Shown piece by piece: positions 36,836 through 45,156 of a stretch of 47,386 bases of DNA. The notes under the pieces are model-generated. The model saw nothing but the letters and a program-made list of their open reading frames with translations. It did no database searches and was not told the DNA's origin. The stretch's first letter is position 1. The number at the start of each line of letters is the position of its first letter. A program made the translations under genes and the position numbers. Source of the DNA: Nanobdellota archaeon (GTDB lineage Archaea; Nanobdellota; Nanobdellia; Pacearchaeales; GW2011-AR1); the NCBI GenBank assembly GCA_038045765.1, contig JBBSXN010000002.1, positions 84,450 through 131,835 on the forward strand, given 5' to 3'.

Positions 36836-38482
36836 TTATCTGTTTGAAAGCTTTACTGCTACAACTATAATCAACACAATCAAGATTACATTGATTATTC
36901 CTATTACCCAAATCAATCCATTGCCTTCAAATGCATTTCCTAAGCTAAATCCTGCCTTTGGAGCTACATTGACTACAATTTCTTTCTGTTGAGTTTCTCC
37001 TGAATCGGACTTTGTCTCAAGTATGAAAGATTGTTCGCCAGATGCTTTTTCATCTACGTTGAATGATAATGTAACATCTTTGCTTTGTCCAGCACTTAAT
37101 TGAACGATTCTATCTGAAACGCTATCAAGATCAGACCATGATTCATAGCCCTTTACAGCTACTGAAAATATACCTGAACTAGCTTGATTGTTTGTGATTG
37201 TTGCTTTAACTGTTAAAGGTAAGCCTGCTTGTGCATCTGAAGTTAAAGAAGCGCTAATTACAACTTTATTCTGAGCGTTAACTACTGGTGTGCAACCAAA
37301 TACTTTGTATAATACTTGTTTAGCTGTGTCTGAGCTTTCTCTATATGAATCTGTGCTCTTTCTATAGTCATATTCTGAGCTTAATTCTATTGTGTACATC
37401 TTGTCTGCTAATCCTGCTGGAACATCGAAGTTATATGTTAATGTCTTTTTATCTCCCTGATTAAGATTATCTCTTATTTCTAGTGAAGTGTCAATTTTCA
37501 AAGCTGAGCTCTTTATGAATACTCTAACTTGGTCTTGATCTTGGTCTCCAACATTAACTGCATCAAATGTTAAGCTTACTGTGTCTGTGCATGTTGCTTC
37601 TGTAGGTGAGAACTTGATATTATCAAATACTATGAATTTACCTTCATCTGATTCTCTTACAACATCAATTGTTTGGAATGAATCATCGCTTAATGCTGAA
37701 GATGTGTCTGCACACATTTTGTCTTCTCCAAGTGTCTTGCTATATGCTTTAACTGCAAGTTTGTAATTTCCTTCATCATAATCAGCAGGAACTACGAATT
37801 CAAAAGTAACCTTTTCATTATCGTTTTCATTTATTGTTCCAATGTCTTTCTTTTCATCATCTGCATCTGTGAATTCAAGTTGACCAACAACGTTTCTTCC
37901 TGAGCTGTCAAGTAAACCAAGTTCAACTTGAACATTTCTTAAGTCATTGTCTCCATCATTATCAAGATCAATTTCAACTGTAACTTTGTCTAAAGGTCTC
38001 CATTCTAAGTCGTCTTCTCCATCAGAGTTAACATCTACATCGCTTATTGTAAGATTTGTTCCTACTTCTCCAGATTTACAGAATGTCTTGAAGAAAGCTA
38101 TTGTAGCGTTTGAAGAAACTGTTTGACCTGTTGTAGCGTTTGTTCCAGTTGCTGTTAATATAGAAGTGTATCTTCCGAATTTGAATCCAGATGAGAAGCT
38201 AGTACCTGTAACTGTTAATGTTTGTGTAGCTCCATTAGCAAAGTTAGAAATTGAAGTTGGAGTTACTGTTAAAGAAACAAGATTTGTTCCATCAACAATG
38301 TTTGCCACAGAAACTACAACATTTTGAGTTATGTTAGTATTTGATAATGTTACAGTTGTTTGATTGCTTCCTTGAGTTATATCCTTTGAAGCAGAACTAA
38401 GGGTGAAAGCTGAAACTGATGCTACTAATAATAGCATAAAAGCTAGAGATAAAAACACTGATAAGATATTTTTTGTGTTCAT
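36836..38482 (-). CDS. Ig/CARDB-like repeat surface protein with C-terminal TM anchor (S-layer-associated, probable sortase substrate)
   Basis: Signal peptide, beta-rich repeats (V.NVGDQDQD.V), C-terminal hydrophobic helix plus basic tail; directly upstream of the sortase. Confidence 0.75.
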   Translation of the reverse strand: MNTKNILSVFLSLAFMLLLVASVSAFTLSSASKDITQGSNQTTVTLSNTNITQNVVVSVANIVDGTNLVSLTVTPTSISNFANGATQTLTVTGTSFSSGFKFGRYTSILTATGTNATTGQTVSSNATIAFFKTFCKSGEVGTNLTISDVDVNSDGEDDLEWRPLDKVTVEIDLDNDGDNDLRNVQVELGLLDSSGRNVVGQLEFTDADDEKKDIGTINENDNEKVTFEFVVPADYDEGNYKLAVKAYSKTLGEDKMCADTSSALSDDSFQTIDVVRESDEGKFIVFDNIKFSPTEATCTDTVSLTFDAVNVGDQDQDQVRVFIKSSALKIDTSLEIRDNLNQGDKKTLTYNFDVPAGLADKMYTIELSSEYDYRKSTDSYRESSDTAKQVLYKVFGCTPVVNAQNKVVISASLTSDAQAGLPLTVKATITNNQASSGIFSVAVKGYESWSDLDSVSDRIVQLSAGQSKDVTLSFNVDEKASGEQSFILETKSDSGETQQKEIVVNVAPKAGFSLGNAFEGNGLIWVIGIINVILIVLIIVVAVKLSNR

Positions 38483-38605
38483 GGTGATTTTTTGTTGTAA
38501 CTTTGTAATTACAGTGGTTTATAAATATTTCGGTTTTGGCAGGAAACATTGATTTTAACGAAGATTTAAATAAAAGAGAGATATTGATATTCTTAGAGGT
38601 GTAAT

Positions 38606-38983
38606 TTGATAAGAGCTAAAGAAAATCTCGTCGGTGCATGGGCATTTCTCATAGGTGTTGTCTTGGCAATTATTGTGGGAATTGTTACAGGTATATTTAC
38701 TTCGGTTAGTGTTACGCCATTAGTTTTGGGAATTTTATCAATTCTTGGCTTGTTTGTAGGTTTTTTCGTAGCTGAGAAAGATATAAGCACTTTCCTTATT
38801 GCTTCTATATCTTTAGTAGTTGTAAGCTATATAGGAATATCTGGATTAATACTTGGAGCAGCTATATCTGGCTTAAACATAGGTAATATCATCTCATCTG
38901 TTCTTCAATCCCTTCTCGCCCTATTCGTTCCAGCCACTATCGTTGTAGCTTTAAAGAGTGTTTTTAGTATTGCGAAGAGCTAA
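38606..38983 (+). CDS. Small four-TM membrane protein
   Basis: TTG start preceded by GAGGTG; almost entirely hydrophobic; FVPATIVVALK end. Confidence 0.75.
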   Translation: MIRAKENLVGAWAFLIGVVLAIIVGIVTGIFTSVSVTPLVLGILSILGLFVGFFVAEKDISTFLIASISLVVVSYIGISGLILGAAISGLNIGNIISSVLQSLLALFVPATIVVALKSVFSIAKS

Positions 38984-39000
38984 GGATTTGCAATACTAAA
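38963..39000. terminator. 14-bp hairpin between convergent genes
   Basis: tttagtattgcgaa-(10 nt)-tttgcaatactaaa, one G-U pair, spanning the stop codon. Confidence 0.5.
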
Positions 39001-39030
39001 TGGCCATAATATTAATAGAAATCTAATAGA

Positions 39031-39495
39031 TTACCTTATAGATCTTTGAAGAATATCATGATATTCCCTTAAAGGCATAGGTTGGAAAGGTGTTAGGCCT
39101 ACTTTTCTGCAGTAATTTATTCTATTTTCAGATGTGGCTACCACGGCAATAGGTGTATCTTCAGAGAATTGTATTAGGAGGTCTTTTGCTATCTCTAACT
39201 CTATCTTTCTAGCTAAACCTTTCCCCAATAATTCAGGTTTTGTTTCAGAAGGAGTGCCTCCTAGAGGGTAGAAATGATGTGAGACTAAACCTTTGTTCAT
39301 ACCTTGCAAAGCATCAATATGAAATTGGCCTGTGCTCATATCAAGAAATTCTAGACTTCCCAGATATCTCTTAGGATAAGAATGTACAAAAGGAATAAAC
39401 CCTACTAAATTGTCAGTTACTTCTCTAAGAAAAGTCTGATAAATAAGGGGAGCTACTCTTTCTATCCAAATTCCAGATGTATCTTGACCAACCAT
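39031..39495 (-). CDS. Hypothetical protein, possible GNAT-like fold
   Basis: ELLGKGLARKI resembles the acetyl-CoA motif A; YCRKVG near the end; TTTATAAA box about 23 nt upstream. Confidence 0.5.
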   Translation of the reverse strand: MVGQDTSGIWIERVAPLIYQTFLREVTDNLVGFIPFVHSYPKRYLGSLEFLDMSTGQFHIDALQGMNKGLVSHHFYPLGGTPSETKPELLGKGLARKIELEIAKDLLIQFSEDTPIAVVATSENRINYCRKVGLTPFQPMPLREYHDILQRSIR

Positions 39496-39553
39496 AAATA
39501 AAAGCTATAGAATTCATTTATAAATTATACTAAAAGAGTCAAAAAAATGGTAT

Positions 39554-39934
39554 CTAACCACTAACAAAATCAGCCTTTATTGGCTTTGTAGTAACTGGAT
39601 CTCTTTGTATTTCAGCGAACTTTGGTGTAACTATGATAACATTCTCTCCAAATCCTGCAATTGAACCTTCTATTGCATCAACTGTCTTCTTTATCTTTGA
39701 AATAGCTCTCTTTAGCTCTACAACATCTTTTGTTTTCAATGGTTTAATATCAATTACTGCTATTGTGTATCCTTCTCTTAATGAATTCAATATATCTGTA
39801 ATGTCATCATAGACTTTTAGAACAAATGGCTTGACAATTACCTTAGTATCTTTCTTTTCCTGAGAATTTAAATCAATCTCTACGTATTCATCGCTTTCAC
39901 CTTTTCCAAAAAACCTCTTTAAATTTAATGCCAT
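39554..39934 (-). CDS. sepF: Cell division protein SepF
   Basis: EYVEID N-terminus, LREGYTIAVIDI, GSIAGFGENVIIVTP. Confidence 0.88.
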   Translation of the reverse strand: MALNLKRFFGKGESDEYVEIDLNSQEKKDTKVIVKPFVLKVYDDITDILNSLREGYTIAVIDIKPLKTKDVVELKRAISKIKKTVDAIEGSIAGFGENVIIVTPKFAEIQRDPVTTKPIKADFVSG

Positions 39935-40014
39935 AAATTATTATCATAAAGCTTAGTATATAAAGATTGTTGTAATCAAAATTATAATTTGAAAGATATA
40001 TTTTATAGAAAAAA

Positions 40015-40350
40015 TTATTTTTGTCCTCGAGACATTGCTTCATTTATATCTTTTTTGAGCTTATTAGATTTTTCAGAAATATCTTTCTCTTGTTTTTCAA
40101 ATGAAGAAATATGCAAACTTAAATTATTTTTATTTTCCGCTAATTCTTTCTTTGTTTTTTCTGCATCTACCTTTAACATTATTCCACCCAGAACTCTGTA
40201 AACATCTCCTTTGTAGTTTGACAATTCTGCAACTGCGTTATTTACCTCATTTAATTCAAGTTGAATAGACTGTTTTTGCATTAAAATATTTTGAAGAACC
40301 TGTTCGTAAGATTGAAGCTCCTGTATGCTTTTTTGTGTATTAGAATCCAT
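40015..40350 (-). CDS. pfdB: Prefoldin subunit beta
   Basis: LQNILMQKQ...EL....VYRVLGGIMLK coiled-coil/hairpin pattern. Confidence 0.92.
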   Translation of the reverse strand: MDSNTQKSIQELQSYEQVLQNILMQKQSIQLELNEVNNAVAELSNYKGDVYRVLGGIMLKVDAEKTKKELAENKNNLSLHISSFEKQEKDISEKSNKLKKDINEAMSRGQK

Positions 40351-40357
40351 TGAAATT

Positions 40358-40495
40358 TTAAACTGCCTTTATTTTTACTATCTGTGCTCTTGGTTTATAG
40401 AAGATTTTTGAACCGCAGTGAGGGCAAACAAATCTCTTTTCAAGAGCTTTGCTAGTAATAGGTTTTTCACATTTAAAACATTTATATTGTGCCAT
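40358..40495 (-). CDS. rpoP: DNA-directed RNA polymerase subunit P (Rpo12), absent from the ORF track
   Basis: Manual translation MAQYKCFKCEKPITSKALEKRFVCPHCGSKIFYKPRAQIVKIKAV; C4 zinc ribbon; conserved position upstream of pfdB. Confidence 0.93.
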   Translation of the reverse strand: MAQYKCFKCEKPITSKALEKRFVCPHCGSKIFYKPRAQIVKIKAV

Positions 40496-40524
40496 TTTAT
40501 AATTATCAATCAGAAAAGGTATTT

Positions 40525-40956
40525 TTAAATGTGTTGTTTTTGAGATGCTAAAAGACGAACAGACTCAAAGTAAGGAATGAAATCCTCAAAGCCTTTTTCT
40601 CCCTTTTTTACTCTCATAAATTCTCTTCTTCTCTCACCATCCTTTGAAGAAGATACAACTACTTCATCTAATGAACCATCGCAGTTACGATCCACGTAAG
40701 AATCTCCTTGAAATTTGTAGTGTAAAGAATTGCTAAAACCTTCCTTTATCAGACTTACTTGAACCTTTCTATCTCCTTGTTTTATATCGTCTTTATTTAG
40801 AGAGCCATACAGAGGTAATAGATAGGTAAGAAATGATGCTAGAACAGTTAATCCTGCTCCAAAGACTGCAATTTTTAGACCTTTTACTTGTTTCTCAAGA
40901 CTTCTCCCCCTTTGCTCAAGTAACCTATCTATTCTCTCTAAACGTTCATAATCCAT
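40525..40956 (-). CDS. Hypothetical single-TM protein
   Basis: N-terminal coiled coil plus TM helix; DRNCDGSLD Dx[DN]xDG-like loop; own TATA-like box. Confidence 0.6.
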   Translation of the reverse strand: MDYERLERIDRLLEQRGRSLEKQVKGLKIAVFGAGLTVLASFLTYLLPLYGSLNKDDIKQGDRKVQVSLIKEGFSNSLHYKFQGDSYVDRNCDGSLDEVVVSSSKDGERRREFMRVKKGEKGFEDFIPYFESVRLLASQKQHI

Positions 40957-41033
40957 TTTATTAAATCACTCTTAACATTTATTAAATTATGTGTGATAGG
41001 TTTACGGCTATTGATTTATTCTCAAAGGTAAAT

Positions 41034-41405
41034 CTATTGTTTTGCCTCAAACTCAGCTATTCTCCTTGAAATGGCTTGATATTCATTTGACCAATCGTAA
41101 GGAACATGTATTCTAAGAAAAGCCATTCTGTTATCCTCCCTATATTTAGAACTATCTTGAAGGCCCCTCACTCCCGTTTCTAAAGTGTAGTTTAAACCGA
41201 ATTCATCTAACATACTTAATAAAATTTTATCTTCAGGTCTTGTAACATTCTTCTCATCTATATCTGCTTGTATATTAACGGGATATAAACCAAAAACTAT
41301 TCTTGAACATAAACCTGGAGGAGTATTATTAAATGCTCCTTTAATATCTAAGAAAGTTTTTCTGCTTAAATGTTTGTATGTATCCCCTTTATCATTACGA
41401 TTCAT
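41034..41405 (-). CDS. Hypothetical protein
   Basis: 123-aa ORF starting 7 nt after the rpl37ae stop; no recognisable motif. Confidence 0.55.
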   Translation of the reverse strand: MNRNDKGDTYKHLSRKTFLDIKGAFNNTPPGLCSRIVFGLYPVNIQADIDEKNVTRPEDKILLSMLDEFGLNYTLETGVRGLQDSSKYREDNRMAFLRIHVPYDWSNEYQAISRRIAEFEAKQ

Positions 41406-41412
41406 AGAAAAA

Positions 41413-41640
41413 TTATTTCTTCTGCTCTAGGGAATAAGCTGGACCTGCGAATATCTTGCCTGTCTTCATGCATTGCCAGATTCCTGCAGCAATTCTCTTA
41501 ACTTTAGACTGAGGATGATAAGGGGAACTTTGTCTAGATCTTTGTCTTGATTCAATTAGATTATATGTCTTCTTGACTCTTGTTCCATATCCAGCACCGA
41601 ATTTACCGAATGACTGTGTTTTCTTTGTCTTGCTTCCCAT
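41413..41640 (-). CDS. rpl37ae: 50S ribosomal protein L37Ae (eL43), zinc-ligand-depleted variant
   Basis: GKFGAGYG, VKRIAAGIWQC, FAGPAY. Confidence 0.9.
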   Translation of the reverse strand: MGSKTKKTQSFGKFGAGYGTRVKKTYNLIESRQRSRQSSPYHPQSKVKRIAAGIWQCMKTGKIFAGPAYSLEQKK

Positions 41641-41683
41641 ATTATTATGTTTGAAAATGAGCTTTTTAAAGTATTCTATTTAT

Positions 41684-42019
41684 TTATTTAGGAAAAGAAA
41701 GCGTAGCTTTAGCGTATTCCAATCCACTATATCCTGTTGGATTACCTCTAAGGTCTGTTTGATAGACAATTAATAAATCTAATTCTTTAGGATCTAATCC
41801 AGGCATAATATTGCATCTATAAATGCCTGGTGTCAATCTTACTCCATCAATTCTCGCCTCTAAATTCACTAATCTTATTGGTCCTTCTTTACTAATATTA
41901 TGTCTTGCTGATTCAGCAAGCTGATAGAATGCTTCCATTGCAACTATTTTTTCAGCAGCATCACTAATTGAAGGCTGTTTATCTCTCCAGTTTACAGACA
42001 TCTTATTATTACGAGACAT
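41684..42019 (-). CDS. Hypothetical protein
   Basis: 111-aa ORF with a TTTATTAA box about 25 nt upstream; no recognisable motif. Confidence 0.55.
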   Translation of the reverse strand: MSRNNKMSVNWRDKQPSISDAAEKIVAMEAFYQLAESARHNISKEGPIRLVNLEARIDGVRLTPGIYRCNIMPGLDPKELDLLIVYQTDLRGNPTGYSGLEYAKATLSFPK

Positions 42020-42062
42020 TGTAATTGTGCCGAGAATAATCTATTAATAAATTTACCTATCT

Positions 42063-42473
42063 CTAGATTATTTTATTTGATTTCAAATATGAAATAACTT
42101 CTTTTAAGATTGATTTATCCCTATCTGATAAATCTAAAGAAAAAACATCATTAATATTTGTAAAATAGGGTTTGCCTTCCATTACATCTATTTTCTTTAC
42201 ATTAGGCATATTTGCTAGATAAATATAATATTCTAAATCAATTAAATTATCTTTTTCTTTCAATTCTTTGACTAGCTTAAAATAATCTAAATCTATGCTT
42301 AATTCTTCTTTTACCTCTCTAACTATTGCCTTTTCTGGAGTCTCATCTTTCTCAATTGAACCTCCGAAGAAACCGTAAGGTTTGCCTTGTTTCTTTATTT
42401 CTCTTCTGTCTTGAATCAACAGCTTTCCAGATTTATCGAAAAATATTATTAAGGATTTTCTTATTATTTTCAT
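42063..42473 (-). CDS. NUDIX hydrolase
   Basis: FFGGSIEKDETPEKAIVREVKEEL Nudix box. Confidence 0.88.
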   Translation of the reverse strand: MKIIRKSLIIFFDKSGKLLIQDRREIKKQGKPYGFFGGSIEKDETPEKAIVREVKEELSIDLDYFKLVKELKEKDNLIDLEYYIYLANMPNVKKIDVMEGKPYFTNINDVFSLDLSDRDKSILKEVISYLKSNKII

Positions 42474-42475
42474 TT

Positions 42476-43114
42476 TTAATTAAATTCTCTTTCTTTTCCC
42501 TCTTCTAAAATAATAAATTCGATATTATTCTCGGGTAATATTTTTTCAGGCACTCTATGATTTCCACCCATAACTTTCAAAGCACCGTCATGTACTGGAA
42601 AAGCAATTCTAGGTTTTACTTTCAAAGCATAATTAACAGCATCTGAAATCTTACACCAAGGGCCAGCTACTGGAAGGGCTAAAATATCTACTTTCTTTCC
42701 AGGATTTTTGAAAGAGTCTCCCGGGTAGAATAATTTGTTAGATATGAAAAATCCAGTATTTTGAACATCTTTCCAGCCAGTATAGATAAATTCATGTTTG
42801 CCTTCAATAGCTTCAATTAAAATTTCTTTGAATTTGGTATTTTTACCATCTTCTATAACTTCGTAATTAATTTTATCTGCATCTAATAAACTTCCTACTG
42901 CTTTGTTAGTTATAATTTTAGCTTTAGGATTATTCTTTATTACTTGCTTTAAAGAATCAATATGCAAATGGTCTGCATGTTCATGAGTAATTAAAATTAA
43001 ATCTATATTTTTAATTTCATTTTGTGTAATAGAATAATTGCCTGGATCAGTTAGAATTCTAACTCCTTTCTCCTCTATTAACAAACAGCAATGTCCTAAT
43101 TTCTTTATCTTCAT
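42476..43114 (-). CDS. MBL-fold metallo-hydrolase
   Basis: LGHCC, LTDPG, ITHEHADH, YPGDS, FPVHDG. Confidence 0.9.
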   Translation of the reverse strand: MKIKKLGHCCLLIEEKGVRILTDPGNYSITQNEIKNIDLILITHEHADHLHIDSLKQVIKNNPKAKIITNKAVGSLLDADKINYEVIEDGKNTKFKEILIEAIEGKHEFIYTGWKDVQNTGFFISNKLFYPGDSFKNPGKKVDILALPVAGPWCKISDAVNYALKVKPRIAFPVHDGALKVMGGNHRVPEKILPENNIEFIILEEGKEREFN

Positions 43115-43124
43115 TTTAACTAAA

Positions 43125-43237
43125 TGGGGGTGCCAAGATTTGAACTTGGATCATGAAGTTGTCTGTGTTTCCATCTCTTGAATATGAGACGCAATCAACC
43201 CAAACCTCATATGTTAACCAGGTTGCACCACACCCCC
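43125..43237 (-). tRNA. tRNA-Pro(UGG) with a 39-nt intron at canonical position 37/38 (intron 43160-43198)
   Basis: GGGGGTG/CACCCCC acceptor stem, CCAAG-TTCAAAT-CTTGG T-arm, TGAGG/CTTCA anticodon stem, loop TT-TGG-G|A. BHB central helix TTTG/CAGA with 3-nt bulges. CCA not encoded. Confidence 0.93.
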
Positions 43238-43263
43238 ACATTATAAGATTTAATTAGTCCTTT

Positions 43264-44070
43264 TTAATACTTACTAATTCTTTTCTCAAGTATTTTATTC
43301 AGATAATTCATCTTACCACTTCCAGAAAATCCTATTAATTCTTTATAATTATAAAGACTAATGCTTCTAACTCTAACGAAGTGTAATGGTCTAGTATTAC
43401 CTCCTCTCGCTAGAACTCTTCTGGTAATCTCAAGATTATTTTTAATAAATATATCTGCTAAATTATTCATCAACTTTTCTGAAATGCAGGCGCAAGCAGC
43501 ATTTGCAGTATTCATAAATCCATCTGTATCCATTAAACCTCTTGCAAAACCTCTTAAGAAATCATCTGAATATTCAGAAATTTCTTTTCTTAATCTAATA
43601 CTAAATGTCTTACCTTTTTCCCAAATCAGATAAGATTTTATGAATTCAATATATTCTTTTGAACTTATATTAACTATGAAAACGCTTTTATTTTCCATAA
43701 TACAAGGATTTAAATTTAATTTTATTAAAAGATTCTTTAAGTATTCAGCGTAATCTGCCTCTTTTGCATAAGTTAAGAAATATCTAACTCTGTGCTGGTT
43801 GGTTTTCTTTGGAAATTTTGGATCATAACTATTATGATAATAATTACCGTCTCCTGCAAATGCTCCAATTAACTCACCTATTTGAAAATCATTTAAATTG
43901 ACTATAAAATCTTTCTTTATTCTAGGCTTGAACTTTCTGACTTGATAATAAATTGTGGGCTTGCCCAAATTCATTAATTTAGACAAATAATTAAGACTCT
44001 TTCCTTCATCTGTTAATCTTCTTATTAATTGTAAATCATCTGATGATAATCTTTCATTCTTAATTCTCAT
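43264..44070 (-). CDS. Free-standing LAGLIDADG (DOD-type) homing endonuclease-like protein with N-terminal HTH
   Basis: Two motifs, ELIGAFAGDG and GFARGLMDTDG; N-terminal EGKSLNYLSKLMNLGKPTIYYQV HTH; no intein splicing motifs. Confidence 0.85.
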   Translation of the reverse strand: MRIKNERLSSDDLQLIRRLTDEGKSLNYLSKLMNLGKPTIYYQVRKFKPRIKKDFIVNLNDFQIGELIGAFAGDGNYYHNSYDPKFPKKTNQHRVRYFLTYAKEADYAEYLKNLLIKLNLNPCIMENKSVFIVNISSKEYIEFIKSYLIWEKGKTFSIRLRKEISEYSDDFLRGFARGLMDTDGFMNTANAACACISEKLMNNLADIFIKNNLEITRRVLARGGNTRPLHFVRVRSISLYNYKELIGFSGSGKMNYLNKILEKRISKY

Positions 44071-44141
44071 TTATTAATTTAGATAACCTGCTTTAAATTA
44101 TTTTATTTTAATTTTCAAGCGACAACACAAAAAATTGTAAA

Positions 44142-45098
44142 TCAATTTAATTTAGTAAATTCCAAACCTGCTGGCAAGGGTTGCTTTGAATATTTTGAAG
44201 TTTCCCAGTAATTGGGTGTTGTGGCGAATTTTCTTCTTGCACTGCTTTCATTAAAAGATTTGGAAATATTAGTGATGGAGAATGCAATACAATAAGCTAG
44301 GAACTGTTCGTATGAGTGGGTTCTAGTTCTTAATGCTCTTTGAAATCTTACTAGTAAAGAATCTTTTTCTTTAGGAATAGGATTCCATTTTTTCATTATT
44401 CTTGGATAGAGTTCTGATTCAACCTGAGTATCTGCAATAATATATCTTCTTCTTAATTTATTAATTTCATGCAAGCCGTAGGGTCTACAAAATGCTCTTG
44501 CTTCAGAGATGACTGACCAATCTGGATGCAGAGCGTGTGTTAGCCAATTATCTTCATGTAAAACTTTCTCAGGCATCTCCGGAATACCTTTGTCTAGTAA
44601 TTTTGCTCTGACTCTCAAATTATCTAAAATATATAACTGTCCTGTTAACCAAAGATTATGACTTCCATTATGATTTGCATAAGCTGAACCTAAAAAACGC
44701 TGAAAAAGAGGCAAATCATTAATATAAGATACTGTAGATCCACCAATCATAGCATCTTTACTTGTGTTTATGGCTTTTACTAGATTCTCAGCCGCATTTT
44801 CATGTAATACTACATCTCCATCTGTAAAAAGAACATTGTTTGTTGGTGCTTGATTGAAAAGGGTATTCCACATTCTTGCTTTTCCTGGAATTGGACTTTC
44901 TATAACTTGTATTCGGGAATCTTGCTTAGATAAGTCTCTTGCTATTCTAACTGTGTTATCTCTACATCCATTTGCTCCAATTAGTATGGAAACTAAACTA
45001 GAATTAGTTGATTGATTTTGTATAGAAATTACTGTTCTAGCTAAAGTTCTTTCTTCATCTCTGACAGGAATGCATGCTGTCCATTCAGAAGTTTGCAT
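44142..45098 (-). CDS. Glycosyltransferase family 2
   Basis: CIPVRDEE, ANGCRDNT, GKARMWN, FTDGDV, LHED. Confidence 0.85.
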   Translation of the reverse strand: MQTSEWTACIPVRDEERTLARTVISIQNQSTNSSLVSILIGANGCRDNTVRIARDLSKQDSRIQVIESPIPGKARMWNTLFNQAPTNNVLFTDGDVVLHENAAENLVKAINTSKDAMIGGSTVSYINDLPLFQRFLGSAYANHNGSHNLWLTGQLYILDNLRVRAKLLDKGIPEMPEKVLHEDNWLTHALHPDWSVISEARAFCRPYGLHEINKLRRRYIIADTQVESELYPRIMKKWNPIPKEKDSLLVRFQRALRTRTHSYEQFLAYCIAFSITNISKSFNESSARRKFATTPNYWETSKYSKQPLPAGLEFTKLN

Positions 45099-45156
45099 TT
45101 AATATATCTTAAAAGAGAATTTATAATTATTTGTATAATTATAAAGATAACAAATA

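Noticed and set aside
39031-42019. Integron-like cassette array explanation for the orphan ORFs
   Set aside because: No repeated attC-like inverted repeats between the ORFs and no integrase in the window.
43264-44070. Possible intein or intron-encoded endonuclease
   Set aside because: No N-terminal Cys/Ser or C-terminal His-Asn splicing motifs, no host exteins, and the ORF lies outside the tRNA intron.
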